Part shown: positions 13,374-23,629 of the stretch, in pieces
Numbering within the stretch: position 1 is the stretch's first letter
Layout of the letters: each line of letters begins with the position of its first letter
Source: Acidobacteriota bacterium
GTDB lineage: Bacteria; Acidobacteriota; UBA890; WLXD01
Direction of reading: 5' to 3'
Assembly: GCA_965205505.1 (NCBI GenBank)
Contig: CBDBHB010000009.1
Coordinates: 672,001-736,000, forward strand
Length of the DNA stretch: 64,000 nucleotides
Notes under the pieces: model-generated
What the model saw: the letters and a program-made list of their open reading frames with translations, nothing else
Databases searched by the model: none
What the model was told of the DNA's origin: nothing
Translations under genes and position numbers: made by a program

Positions 13374-14420
13374 TCATGCTGCTGAAACCTCTACAGGTGC
13401 GCGCAACGGTTCGTACTCGTCTCCACTCAGCCACAGTCGGTGCAGCACAACGGCGAGCTTACGGGCGACAGCAACTGCTGCCTTTTTGTTGCCATGAGGA
13501 CCACCGCGTCCGGCCAGCTTGAGCCCCCAGCGTCTGAGCTCAGTATCGGGCCCGAAGGGGCCCAGGATGTAATGCGCCGAGCCCACCAACAGGCGTCGGA
13601 GCATTTTGTCGCCCGCCTTGGTTATTCGTAGCGCAGGGTCCTTGTCCCCCGACTGCCGTTTCTTCGGTCTCAGTCCCAGGTACGGGCCCACGGCTCTGGA
13701 GGTATTGAACCGCTCCGGCTCCTCGAGCGTCAGCACATACGCCAGTGCGGTCAGAGCTCCGACCCCGGCCACTTGCTGGAGCTGCTGTGTCTCCGGGTAT
13801 CGCCCCTGGCACAGCTGCACGATCTGACGCTCGTATTGCTGGATGTTGCCCGTCAGCATGGCGATCGTTTCAAGCACCGGCTCGAGCGCTCCCTTGAGCC
13901 GCTCCGGTATGTGCTCTGGCGCGGTGCGCGCGAACGCCGGCGTCGAGCACCTGGGAATACGACAACCGGCCGACTTGACCGCACCACGCACATGGCTCAC
14001 CAACTGCGTGCAGCTCTTTACCAGAGCATCTCGGCTCCGAATCACGGCTAGATCCGCTCGCGCTTGTCTGCCTCGATGCTGCACCGTCTTAAGCAGCTTT
14101 GGGTCCATTCTGCCCACTCGTGCCAGGTGCTCGGCATCCAACCGGTCGGTCTTGTCGTGCTCGCCATAGATCAGCTTCAGCCGCCTCGGGTTAGCCACCA
14201 GCACCTCATGACCCAGTTGCTTCAACTGCTCACTCATCCACGGCGAGCGCGTTCCAACCTCCAGCACTACTCGAGCGGGCTCCTCGCACCCGAACCGCCT
14301 CGCCAGCCCCTCCGGGCTCGTCCTCACCCGCCCTTCCTCCATCACCCTGCCCTTACTGTCGAGCACGCACATACGGCTGTACCGGTCGCTTACGTCCAGT
14401 CCAATCGTTACACTTGTCAT
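13374..14420 (-). CDS. IS110-family DEDD recombinase/transposase
   Basis: GLDVS, LEVGT, KTDRLD (DEDD); GVGALTA, RQSG, AVARKLA in the C-terminal domain; ORF uninterrupted. Confidence 0.95.
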   Translation of the reverse strand: MTSVTIGLDVSDRYSRMCVLDSKGRVMEEGRVRTSPEGLARRFGCEEPARVVLEVGTRSPWMSEQLKQLGHEVLVANPRRLKLIYGEHDKTDRLDAEHLARVGRMDPKLLKTVQHRGRQARADLAVIRSRDALVKSCTQLVSHVRGAVKSAGCRIPRCSTPAFARTAPEHIPERLKGALEPVLETIAMLTGNIQQYERQIVQLCQGRYPETQQLQQVAGVGALTALAYVLTLEEPERFNTSRAVGPYLGLRPKKRQSGDKDPALRITKAGDKMLRRLLVGSAHYILGPFGPDTELRRWGLKLAGRGGPHGNKKAAVAVARKLAVVLHRLWLSGDEYEPLRAPVEVSAA

Positions 14421-15693
14421 CGGCCAACCTCCTTGGGCTTCGAGCCCGTTACGTTTGAAGAAACGTTTGCAGAGCCGTCAGGCTACTGCGTTCAGGAGGT
14501 TGGCCTTCTCATCTCATCTAGCGTGTGCCCTCGATAAGCACCGTATCGATCAGCGCACCTTCGAGGACTGCCTCGACCGTGTCCATGCCCTCGATCACCT
14601 CGGCGAAGATCGTGTAGTCGAAGTCGAGGCGCACGTTGTCGATCAGGTTGACGAAGATCTGCGCGTCGCCGGTATCGCGGCCGCGCGTGGAGATGCCGAC
14701 CGTGCCGCGCAGGTGCGAGCGGTCGGTGATCTCGTCGCGCGTGTAGGGGCCGTCGCCGGCGAACTCGTTGGCGCCTGGGCTCCCCCCCCTGGATCACGAA
14801 GTTGGGCACCACACGGTGAAACGTCAGCCCGTCGAAGTAACCCTGGCGGGCCAGCCGCACGAAGCGCGCTGTGTTGGAGGGTGCGTCGAACGGGTACAGA
14901 CGCAGCGCGAACTCGCCCCCGCCCCGCATACGTACCACGGCGCGGATCTCCTCGATCTCCCCGATCTCCTCGGCACTTGGGAAAGGGGAGGGCGGCAGCG
15001 GCTGCGGGTCGGGCGCAGGCCGCCTTCCGGTCCAGTGCTCGAGAACATCGGCGGCCGCCGCGGCGATGATGGGATCGAAGTCTCGCAGGTAGGCGCCGAC
15101 TGCCTCGGCCTTGTCTGCAGAGCCCAGGCTGCCGATGGCCTCCAGCAGTGCACGGCGTGGAGCGCGCGAGGTCTCACGCTCGAGTGCGGTCACCCGCTCG
15201 AGCGCTGCCAGCAGCTGCTCGACCGGCTGCGCGCCGCCGGTCAGTGCAGCGGCGGCAGCCATCAGTAGCTGCCCGTCATTGCTGGCGAGTACGTTGAGGT
15301 AGAGCTCGTCGCCGGCGTGCCCCGCAGCCGCGCTCAGCCCTGGAATAGCGATTGCCGCGACGTTCGGATGCTTGTCGGCAGCCAGCAGGCGGAGCAGGTC
15401 GACCCAACCGGACGCTGTGGCAGCATGGGCGGCGTACATTCGCATCTGCCACGTCGGGTGATGGCTGGCGGATTCGGCGCGCCGGCGGGCGAGCGCCGCG
15501 TCCAAGGTTGCCAGCGCCACGAGCGCGTGAGCGGGCTCATGCCAGTTGGCCTCGTTTACCGCCTCGATGTTGCTGGCGATCCGGTCCAGGGTCGCGATTG
15601 TGCCGTCACAGCCGGCGAGCGCATCAATCGTCAGCAGTCGAACGGCGGCGACCGCGTCACGGAGTCCGGCGAGCAGTCGCGAACAGGCGCCTA

Positions 15694-16830
15694 GTATAGC
15701 GTATCGTAAATAGCTTTACATTAGATGAAGACCATTGTATTGTGCTTCGCATGGCCACAAAAGCAGAACCGATAGCGCTCGCGGACAAGGATCGAGACGT
15801 TCTGGAAGCCTGGCTCCGAGCCCCCAGCACACCACAGTCAGTAGCGACTCGTGCCGGGATCATCCTGCTGGCGGCAGATGGCGAGTCCAATAGCGGGATT
15901 GCTGATCAGCTCGGCATCAGCCGGCCGACTGTGATCATGTGGAGAAGGCGGTTCGAGAAAGCAGGTCCCGTGGCGCTGGGGCAGACCAGGCCGGGACGTG
16001 GACGACCCCGGTCCATCTCCCGGGACAAGATCAAACAGATCGTCGAAGCAACGTTGCACACCAAGCCACCCAACGCCACTCATTGGTCGTGCCGAACGAT
16101 GGCCAAGGCGCAAGGGGTCAGTGCCGCCACGGTCCAGCGGATCTGGGACGCTCACGGACTCAAGCCTCACTTGGTCAAGACGTTCAAGCTCTCCAAGGAT
16201 CCCCACTTCGTGGACAAGCTCACCGACGTGGTCGGCCTGTACATGAATCCGCCAGATCGGGCTGTAGTGCTGTGCGTGGATGAGAAGTCTCAGATTCAGG
16301 CTTTGGACCGCACGCAGCCGTCGTTGCCGCTCAAGAAGGGCCGTGCCGGAACCATGACCCACGACTACAAGCGCCACGGTACGACGAGCCTTTTCGCCGC
16401 CCTGAACATGCTGGACGGAACCGTCATCGGTCAGTGTCTGCCGCGTCATCGGCATCAAGAGTTCTTGAAGTTCCTACGCAAGCTCGACCGCGAGTTCCCC
16501 CAGGAACTAGATCTGCATCTGATCGTTGACAACTACGGCACCCACACGCACCCCAATGTGAAGAAGTGGTTGTCTCGGCATCGTCGCTTTTACCTGCACT
16601 TCATTCCAACAAGCTCCTCGTGGCTGAACCTGGTGGAGCGCTGGTTCGCTGAGCTGACAACAAAAAGCGTCCGACGAGCTGCGTTTCCTTCCGTCCAAGC
16701 ACTCATCCAAAACATCGAGAACTTCATTGCCAACTACAACGACGATCCCAAGCCCTATGTTTGGAGTGCTTCCGCCCAGCAGATCATCGACAAAGTTAAT
16801 CGCTGTAAAGCCATTTTAGAGACGCTACAC
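15694..16830 (+). mobile_element. IS630-family insertion sequence inserted at TA within CTAG
   Basis: Imperfect TIRs tagtatagcgtatcgtaaatagctttaca / tgtaaagccattttagagacgctacacta; CTAG at 15691-15694 and 16830-16833; host gene reads through once the element is removed. Confidence 0.92.
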
Positions 16831-16833
16831 TAG
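15751..16833 (+). CDS. IS630-family transposase
   Basis: HTH region THWSCRTMA; DDE motifs CVDEKSQIQA, IVDNYGTH, SWLNLVERWF; HDYKRHGT. Confidence 0.95.
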   Translation: MATKAEPIALADKDRDVLEAWLRAPSTPQSVATRAGIILLAADGESNSGIADQLGISRPTVIMWRRRFEKAGPVALGQTRPGRGRPRSISRDKIKQIVEATLHTKPPNATHWSCRTMAKAQGVSAATVQRIWDAHGLKPHLVKTFKLSKDPHFVDKLTDVVGLYMNPPDRAVVLCVDEKSQIQALDRTQPSLPLKKGRAGTMTHDYKRHGTTSLFAALNMLDGTVIGQCLPRHRHQEFLKFLRKLDREFPQELDLHLIVDNYGTHTHPNVKKWLSRHRRFYLHFIPTSSSWLNLVERWFAELTTKSVRRAAFPSVQALIQNIENFIANYNDDPKPYVWSASAQQIIDKVNRCKAILETLH

Positions 16834-17797
16834 CTCAGGCACTCTACGGCTGAGGGTCTGCAGCAGCTCGTAGCGGACGCGTCCCTCGGAGTCCTGCAAC
16901 GCGCGGGCGACGAGCAACGACCCGTAGTCTCGCGTCGACCCGATGACGCCGGCTGCCAGACGGCGGACGCCGACATGGGGGTCGCGTTGCAGCGCGAACA
17001 GCAACTCGTCGGTGAGCTCGGCACGCGAGTTGACCATCGCCGAAACCGCGAGGAATCGCACCTGCGCACGCGAAGGGTCGTTGGCGTCGTCCCGTCCGAG
17101 GGCCGCCAGCTCGGCCAACAGATCGAGGCCCTCGGATGGTGCGGTCAGATCGGGGCGCCGCCGAAACAGTGCCTCCATGCCTCGTGTTACGCCGAGCAGT
17201 TGTGCGACACGTTCCCCCGCCTCCGGTCGCACCGCGTCGGAGGTTGCGAGCAACGTAAGCTCTTCTTCCGCGGAGTCGAGCAGCGCTGCCTCGGCTTGGC
17301 GCGCCGCTTCGTCGTCGGCATAGGTCAGCCGGCCTATCGATGTGGCCGCTGCGCCTGCGACAGACGCATCCGGGTCGGTCGTCATCGAGACCCGCAGCGG
17401 TTCAAACCCTGCGCCTCCCGGGCCACGGCTCAATGCCTGGGCCACGGCGGTAGCCGCGGCAGCGCGCACCGAGGCGTCGTCATCTTCCAGCAGCGGCAGA
17501 ATGTCGGGTAGCAGGTCGGCGCGCTCGAGACGGCCGAGGGAGCGGGCGGCGGCGCGGCGCAGCGAACTCTCCTCCGCCCTTGCCGCATCGCGGAGGGTGA
17601 CGATATCGGCCTCGATCGAGCCGCGCCGGTCCTCCGCCTACATCAGCTGGTTGAGCGGGCGAGTACAGCGGATCCTGATGACAGAGAGCGCCCTCAGCCG
17701 CGAGTGTCAGCACCAACAGTAGCCGCATGCGCATGCTGGCGATTATGTGGGCCAGCGATTTGCCTGACCACCCGGTCCGCCGGCGCTCCCCCGATGA

Positions 17798-18433
17798 CTA
17801 CCCGAGTGCCGCAGCGATCTCTCGCACCGCCGCGCCGGGACTGTCGGCGCCGAACACCGCGCTGACGACGGCGACGCCCGCTGCGCCAGCCTGCAGGCAG
17901 TCGGCGACCTGGGAAGCGCCGACCCCGCCGAGCGCGAGCATAGGAAGGTCAACTGCTTCGACCAGCTCGCGCAAGGCTTCGAGCCCGCGTCCGCATCCGG
18001 GCTTGGAGCCCGGATCGAATACCGGTGCGAATACGCCGAACTCTGCGCCGGCCACCGCTGCATGTCGTGCTGCTTCGGCCGAATGCACCGAAGCGGCGCG
18101 GCGAAATCCCACCGGCACCGGCTGCGGTCGAGTCGGAATGGCGCTCTCAGCCCAGTGGATTCCTCGTGCCCGAGCGCTGGCGGCGTCGATGCCGCCGCCG
18201 TTGACCAACACGGGCACTACACAGTTGGAGAGTCGATCCAGGGCGGCCTCGAGGGCCGCTTCACGCGTAGCTTCGCTGAGTTGCTTGGCGCGCAGCTGTA
18301 GGGCAGCCGGGAATCGATCGGGCAACGCCCCGATGGCCACGTCGATGAGATTCAGCCAGCGCTCGGTGCCGCCGCAGTACTCGTGGTCGGCGATCAGGTA
18401 GAGGCGCGGAGGTTTGCGCCCGCCTACCGCCAC
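17798..18433 (-). CDS. thiE: Thiamine-phosphate synthase/TenI-family protein
   Basis: [42 protein letters not shown]; last gene of the thi cluster; could be TenI rather than ThiE. Confidence 0.7.
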   Translation of the reverse strand: MAVGGRKPPRLYLIADHEYCGGTERWLNLIDVAIGALPDRFPAALQLRAKQLSEATREAALEAALDRLSNCVVPVLVNGGGIDAASARARGIHWAESAIPTRPQPVPVGFRRAASVHSAEAARHAAVAGAEFGVFAPVFDPGSKPGCGRGLEALRELVEAVDLPMLALGGVGASQVADCLQAGAAGVAVVSAVFGADSPGAAVREIAAALG

Positions 18434-19200
18434 GGGGTGCCTTTGGCCGGCGTCGATGCTTCGGCATGGTGCTTTCGCGGCATCCGACGGGCGCGAAACG
18501 CGTCTCGGCCAGCGGCTGCGGCGGCGCGCATCGCTTGCGCCATCATCACTGGATCGCCGGCGCGGGCGACGGCGGAGTTCAGCAGCACACCGTCGCAGCC
18601 GAGCTCGAGAACGATCGTTACGTCCGAGGCGGTGCCTAGGCCGGCATCGACGATTATCGGCACGCTGGCACGTTCCTTGATCAAGCTCAGGTTGTGCGGG
18701 TTGCGCACCCCCAGGCCGGAGCCGATCGGCGCCGCCAACGGCATGACCGCCGCGCACCCGATGTCCTCCAGGCGGCGCGCCAGCACCGGATCGTCGTTCG
18801 TGTAGGGCAGCACCACGAAGCCGTCCCGCACCAGCTCTTCGGCCGCCTGCAACAACCCCGCGGCGTCCGGGAGCAGGGTCTGGTCATCGGCGATGACCTC
18901 GAGCTTCACGACCTCGGTGCCGATGGCTTCCCGACCAAGTTGGGCGGTCAGCACGGCGTCCTCGGCAGTGTAACAACCGGCCGTGTTCGGCAAGATATGA
19001 ACGCCTGCGTTGTGCAGCAGCTCATACAACGATTCGCCCTTCGCCCCAGGACTGACCCGGCGCAGCGCCACCGTGACCATCTCGGTGCCCGAGGCGGCAA
19101 CGCAGTCGAGCATCACCTGTGTGCTCGGGTACATCGCCGATCCGAGCAGCACGCGCGAGTGAAGCTCCAGCTCGCCGATTTGCAGCGTGTCGTCGCTCAC
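18424..19200 (-). CDS. thiG: Thiazole synthase
   Basis: [42 protein letters not shown]. Confidence 0.97.
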   Translation of the reverse strand: MSDDTLQIGELELHSRVLLGSAMYPSTQVMLDCVAASGTEMVTVALRRVSPGAKGESLYELLHNAGVHILPNTAGCYTAEDAVLTAQLGREAIGTEVVKLEVIADDQTLLPDAAGLLQAAEELVRDGFVVLPYTNDDPVLARRLEDIGCAAVMPLAAPIGSGLGVRNPHNLSLIKERASVPIIVDAGLGTASDVTIVLELGCDGVLLNSAVARAGDPVMMAQAMRAAAAAGRDAFRARRMPRKHHAEASTPAKGTPWR

Positions 19201-19201
19201 C

Positions 19202-19402
19202 TCAGCCTCCGTGGAAAGGGGCGACAATCTCGATGTCGTCGCCTTCCTGCACCTGCACGGCCCTCCATTCCTTCCGAGGGATCATGGCGCGGTTGAGCGC
19301 CACTGCGACGGCCTTGGCATCGGCGGCGACCTCGTTTACCAGCGCGCCGATGCTCATTCCTGGGCTCAACTCACGCTCGGCTCCGTTAACTCTGGCGCGC
19401 AA
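19202..19402 (-). CDS. thiS: Sulfur carrier protein ThiS
   Basis: 66 aa, VNG...AVALN...[13 protein letters not shown] with C-terminal GG, between thiO and thiG. Confidence 0.93.
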   Translation of the reverse strand: MRARVNGAERELSPGMSIGALVNEVAADAKAVAVALNRAMIPRKEWRAVQVQEGDDIEIVAPFHGG

Positions 19403-20540
19403 TCGTATCCTCCACGGCTCCCGAAGGCGCGAAACGCCCAGGCTCCAGGCCCTTCAACAGCTCGGGGTCGTCGCCGTCCATCAGATCGGCCAGCAGGGCG
19501 GCGGTTGCCGGGGCCAGCAGAATGCCGTTGCGGTAGTGGCCGGTAGCCACGTACATGCCGTCGTGCTCGGTTGCGCCGATTGCCGGCAGGTGGTCGCGCA
19601 GCGCTGGGCGAAAACCCACGCACACCTCGTCCAACTCGAGCTCGTAGATTCCCGGCAGAGCGCGCCAGGCATTGTAGAGCAGATCCATTATAGGACCCGC
19701 CGTCGGGCGGGCATCGAATCCCTGTTCCTCGCTGCTGGCGCCGATCACCAGCTCGCCGGAGGCGCGCGGCAAGATGTACACGTCGGGGGTGCGGATGACT
19801 CGATCTAGCAGTCGCTCGCCTCGCAGTCGTAGCACCTGACCCTTCACCGGACGCAGCGGCAGCTTTGCGCAGGCCTCGGCGGCGTCGTGCGTCCAGGCGC
19901 CGGCGGCGACGATCACGCGATCGGCAACGATCTCCATCCGGTCGCCGGGAACCTCGACCGCAGCTTTCCAGCGCCCGTCCAGCTCCAGGTCGAGCACCTT
20001 CGCCGGCCAAACGAGCGTGCCGCCGCGAGCCTCGATCGCTGCCGCTACGGCGCGCGCCAGGGCGCGTGGATCGACCTGCAGGTCTTCATCGGCGGCAAAT
20101 CCCCCTACGACGCTCGGGCTCAACCTTGGCTCGCGACGCCTGATTTCTTCGGCGTCGAGCTGTTCGCAATGCAATCCCAGTCGCCGGTGCTCGGCGGCGC
20201 TGTGGCGCAGTTGTTCGAGATGATCCTGATCCAGTGCCACGAGCAGCGTCCCGGTGGTGTCGTAGCCGCACTGCAGGCCCGAATCCGACTCCACAGCGGC
20301 GACGAATTCGGCGTAGCGTTTCAGGCTGTCGACGGCGAGTCGAACCATTGCCAACTGCGTCGGTTCGGCCTCGGCGGCACCCGCAAGCATGCCCGCGGCA
20401 ACGTGGGTGGCCCCTGCACCGAGGCGGGCGTGCTCAACGACGGCCACGCTGCGCCCGCGGCGGATGTTCTCGTAGGCGCTGGCGAGCCCGATGATGCCGC
20501 CGCCGATCACCAGAACGTCGACAGTCTGACCGGATTTCAT
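19386..20540 (-). CDS. thiO: Glycine oxidase ThiO
   Basis: VIGGGIIG FAD motif, AAGML, RPVKGQ, ATGHYRNGILLAP. Confidence 0.92.
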   Translation of the reverse strand: MKSGQTVDVLVIGGGIIGLASAYENIRRGRSVAVVEHARLGAGATHVAAGMLAGAAEAEPTQLAMVRLAVDSLKRYAEFVAAVESDSGLQCGYDTTGTLLVALDQDHLEQLRHSAAEHRRLGLHCEQLDAEEIRRREPRLSPSVVGGFAADEDLQVDPRALARAVAAAIEARGGTLVWPAKVLDLELDGRWKAAVEVPGDRMEIVADRVIVAAGAWTHDAAEACAKLPLRPVKGQVLRLRGERLLDRVIRTPDVYILPRASGELVIGASSEEQGFDARPTAGPIMDLLYNAWRALPGIYELELDEVCVGFRPALRDHLPAIGATEHDGMYVATGHYRNGILLAPATAALLADLMDGDDPELLKGLEPGRFAPSGAVEDTIARQS

Positions 20541-20613
20541 CGCTACCTTCGCATTGCAACCAGACCGGTCAACGCTCCACCTCCGGTTGCCAGCGAAAGA
20601 TACCACTAGCCCA

Positions 20614-21762
20614 CTATTGGGGCGGCTGAAGCCTCGCCTGTGTTTGCTGCAGCTGGCCGTCGCGGATGAAGCGCACAGCGACCACCTCACCCGCCTGTCG
20701 CAGCTCCAGGGCCTGCAGAACGTCGCCCCAGCTGAAAATTTGGTCGTCGTCGATCGCCGTAATGATGTCACCCAACACGATGCGGCCGTTGCGCGCCCGG
20801 CTGGTGCCCCGCAGCCCTGCCACATCGGCGGCGCCGCCCTCTGCGATGCTGCGCACTACCACGCCGTCGACGCCGAGTCGTCGTCGCGTGTCAATCGCCA
20901 AGGGCTCGATGCCGAGGCTGGGCCGCTGCAGCTGCCCGAAACCGATGAGATCGGCGACCACCCAGCGAACCGTATCGGCGGGAATGGCGAACCCGACGCC
21001 AGCGTAGGCGCCCGAGGGGCTGACGATCGAGGTGTTCACGCCGATGAGCCGTCCCGCGCTGTCGAGCAGCGGTCCACCGGAGTTGCCCGGGTTGATCGCC
21101 GCGTCGGTTTGAATGACGTTGCGGATCTCGGCTCCGGGCACCTGCGAGTTGATCTCCCGACCGAGGGCGCTGATCACACCGGTGGTGAGGGTGGAATCGA
21201 GGCCGAACGGATTGCCGATCGCGTATACGCTTTGGCCTACCAGGAGGTCGTCTGAGGTGCCCAGCGTGATGGGTTGCAGTTGCCCGGCAGACGCGTCGAT
21301 GTGCAATACGGCGAGGTCTTTTTCCTCGGCGTAGCCCACCAGCTGCGCGTCCCACTGGGACTGATCGCTCAGGGTCACGCGCGCCGCGGCGGCTCCTCGG
21401 ATCACGTGCCAGTTGGTAACGATGTGGCCGCGTTGATCCCACACCAACCCCGATCCTGTTCCCGACTCGATGCGTGTGATATCGAGTGTCCAGAGGTTGC
21501 GCCGATCGGCGAGCGACGTGATGTAGACGACCGACGGCGAGGAGCTCTCGAAAAGATCGATAGTCGACCGCTCTGATGAGGCCAGATCGCCGCGCGGCGT
21601 CACTCTCTGAGCGCTCTCCGTCGGCTGCGCCACCGGTCGGACCGCTGGCTGGGACTCCGGTTGGGCGGTGTCTGCCGTCCAGCCGAGGCCGAGAAAGAAC
21701 CCCGCCCCGAGCATCAGTCCAAGCAGTAAAGGATAGAGGAAGAGCTGCCGTGGTCCGGCCAT
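20614..21762 (-). CDS. HtrA/DegP-family serine protease with one PDZ domain
   Basis: TNWHV, DLAVL, IQTDAAINPGNSGGPL catalytic triad motifs; N-terminal TM. Confidence 0.93.
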   Translation of the reverse strand: MAGPRQLFLYPLLLGLMLGAGFFLGLGWTADTAQPESQPAVRPVAQPTESAQRVTPRGDLASSERSTIDLFESSSPSVVYITSLADRRNLWTLDITRIESGTGSGLVWDQRGHIVTNWHVIRGAAAARVTLSDQSQWDAQLVGYAEEKDLAVLHIDASAGQLQPITLGTSDDLLVGQSVYAIGNPFGLDSTLTTGVISALGREINSQVPGAEIRNVIQTDAAINPGNSGGPLLDSAGRLIGVNTSIVSPSGAYAGVGFAIPADTVRWVVADLIGFGQLQRPSLGIEPLAIDTRRRLGVDGVVVRSIAEGGAADVAGLRGTSRARNGRIVLGDIITAIDDDQIFSWGDVLQALELRQAGEVVAVRFIRDGQLQQTQARLQPPQ

Positions 21763-21891
21763 GTGATCTCCCATCAATGATCTCTCCAGCTCACGTCGTC
21801 CATCTCGGTTAGCGTAGACGCGTGTCTCTACAGGAGACTACTCCACTAGTTAACCAGACCGGGAAGCGAGCTTCCCGTACCGGGGGCCGGC

Positions 21892-23091
21892 TTGGAAACG
21901 ATCTCCATTCCTGCGGCGCGCCGGCTGGCGGTGATGCGAGCCGGATTGCTGCGACCTGAGCGCACCGGTTTGCCCACTCGTGCAGCGGGCCGAGGTCGCC
22001 GAGCCCGCGCCGCGGCCGGGTCGATCATCCGGCGCTTCGGCTACCTACAACTCGACACCGTCTGTGTGACCGGAGCGCGCAGTCATTCGCTGGTGCTCAT
22101 GTCGCGCCTGGACGGTGCCTCGCCGATGCTGGGGGAGTCGCTGCTGGCGCCGGGAGAGCCGCTGTTCGAGTACTGGGGTCACGAGGCCAGCTGGATCCCG
22201 ATCGAGCTTTATCGGGTTTTCGCCTTTCGTCGCCGCCACTACAACGTCCACCCCTGGTGGGGTGATCTACTCGTCGAGCATCCGCGCGTCGCCGACGCCA
22301 TCCTCGACCAACTCCGCGATCTGGGCCCGCAGCGCGGCGGCGACTTCGAGCAGGTTTCCAGCCGTGGCGGCTGGTGGCAGCTCAGCGTTGCCAAGAAGGT
22401 GCTCTCGGCGTTGTGGTCACGCGGCGACGTGGCGGTCAGCCGCCGGGTGAACTTCCAGCGCGAGTACGACCTCGCCGAGCGTGCGATTCCGGAAGCAGCG
22501 CGCGCCGACCCGGCGCCGCTCGGGGAGTCGATCGAGACGCTGCTGCTGCGCGCTTTGGCTGGCCATGGATGGGCCACCACCGGTACGCTGGCGGCAACCT
22601 GGCGATTGCAGAAGCTGCGCGCGGAAATCGCCTCCGCCCTGGAGCGTCTGTGCGAGCGCGGCGAGGTAATAGCGTGTCACCTCGAGGGACCGGGCACACG
22701 TAAGGCGGGCTGGATCCGGCCGGTCGACCTGGAAGTTGCCGAGGCGCTGCAATCGAGTCGGCCGCGCCGCGACCGTGGCCTGTTGCTGTCGCCTTTCGAT
22801 CCGCTGTTGTGGGACCGCTCGCGCACCGAGCTGCTGTTCGGTTTCCGGCAGCTTCTCGAGATTTTCAAGCCGGCGCCGCAGCGCGAGTTCGGCTACTACT
22901 GCTTGCCGGTACTTGCCGGCGACCGCTTGATCGGCCGCGTCGATCTCAAGGCCGACCGCCGCGCCGGTCGGCTCAACGTGTTGTCGGAGCACTACGAGCT
23001 TGACCCCGTCGTCGCCCGCGACCGGAAAGCCGCGGCAGAGGCGTTGAAACGACTTGCGAAAGCGCTCCAGCTAGAGGTGTGGCGTGGCTAA
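21892..23091 (+). CDS. YcaQ/AlkZ-like winged-helix DNA glycosylase (crosslink repair)
   Basis: LQLDTV (QxD), FEYWGHEAS, LLSPFDPLLWDR, FGYYCLPVL, GRVDLKADR. Confidence 0.85.
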   Translation: METISIPAARRLAVMRAGLLRPERTGLPTRAAGRGRRARAAAGSIIRRFGYLQLDTVCVTGARSHSLVLMSRLDGASPMLGESLLAPGEPLFEYWGHEASWIPIELYRVFAFRRRHYNVHPWWGDLLVEHPRVADAILDQLRDLGPQRGGDFEQVSSRGGWWQLSVAKKVLSALWSRGDVAVSRRVNFQREYDLAERAIPEAARADPAPLGESIETLLLRALAGHGWATTGTLAATWRLQKLRAEIASALERLCERGEVIACHLEGPGTRKAGWIRPVDLEVAEALQSSRPRRDRGLLLSPFDPLLWDRSRTELLFGFRQLLEIFKPAPQREFGYYCLPVLAGDRLIGRVDLKADRRAGRLNVLSEHYELDPVVARDRKAAAEALKRLAKALQLEVWRG

Positions 23092-23169
23092 CAGGCCGTC
23101 GCGGAGCGACGTCGAGTATCCGAGCAACCCTAATCCGTTGCATATTGCTGGGTCACCACCGCCTGCTAG
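23088..23169. mobile_element. Short MITE-like element (family A) between two convergent stop codons
   Basis: CTAA-caggccgtcgcgga ... tcaccaccgcctg-CTAG; ends resemble the family A TIR caggccgtggtg. Confidence 0.55.
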
Positions 23170-23594
23170 GGCTCGATCTTGTCGACTCGACGCTGATGCC
23201 GGTCACCGCCGAACTTGGTCTCCAAGAAGACCTTCAGAATCGTGTCCGCCATCTGCCGGCCGAGCATGCGTCCCCCGAGACACAGCACGTTGGCGTCATT
23301 GTGTTGGCGCGCCATCTCGGCAGTATGGGGGTTGTCGCACATCACCGCGCGGACGAAGCCGATGCGATTGGCGACCATGCACATGGCGATGCCCGCACCG
23401 TCGATGAGCACGGCGCGATCGGCCTTGCCATGCGCTACGGCCCGAGCCGCCGGGCGCCCCACATCAGGGTAGTCGGCCGGCTTGGTGTCGTGGACCCCAT
23501 AGTCCTCGACGACATGCCCGTCCGCCTGCAGGCGGAGCTTGATGTGCTCCTTGAGCTCATACCCGGCGTGGTCGGCGGCGACGGCGATGCGCAT
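23166..23594 (-). CDS. rpiB: Ribose-5-phosphate isomerase B
   Basis: IAVAADHAGYELK, DYPD, DGAGIAMCMVANR, ARQHNDANVLCLGGR, RHQRRVDKI. Confidence 0.93.
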   Translation of the reverse strand: MRIAVAADHAGYELKEHIKLRLQADGHVVEDYGVHDTKPADYPDVGRPAARAVAHGKADRAVLIDGAGIAMCMVANRIGFVRAVMCDNPHTAEMARQHNDANVLCLGGRMLGRQMADTILKVFLETKFGGDRHQRRVDKIEP

Positions 23595-23629
23595 GATCTT
23601 CCCGAGGGCCACTGTTCAAAACGAGGCTG

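Larger units (their letters stand above)
13112..14519 (-). mobile_element. IS110-family element (IS1111-type) with subterminal inverted repeats
   Basis: gagaaggcc 13119-13127 and ggccttctc 14502-14510; CT dinucleotide at both boundaries; no target duplication; ~260-nt non-coding region 3' of the transposase; TTGACC at 13134-13139 (- strand) near the end. Confidence 0.85.
14518..17734 (-). pseudogene. HEAT-repeat protein with C-terminal cyclophilin-type PPIase domain, disrupted
   Basis: AEDRRG...RRAAARSLGRLE HEAT repeats; GYFDGLTFHRVVPNFVIQGG cyclophilin motif; interrupted by IS630, TAG at 17638-17640, frameshifts near 17660 and in the G8 run at 14782-14789. Confidence 0.85.

Noticed and set aside
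20541-20613. TPP riboswitch upstream of thiO
   Set aside because: The 73-nt gap lacks the CUGAGA and downstream conserved TPP aptamer motifs; only a short gcaacc/ggttgc stem is present.
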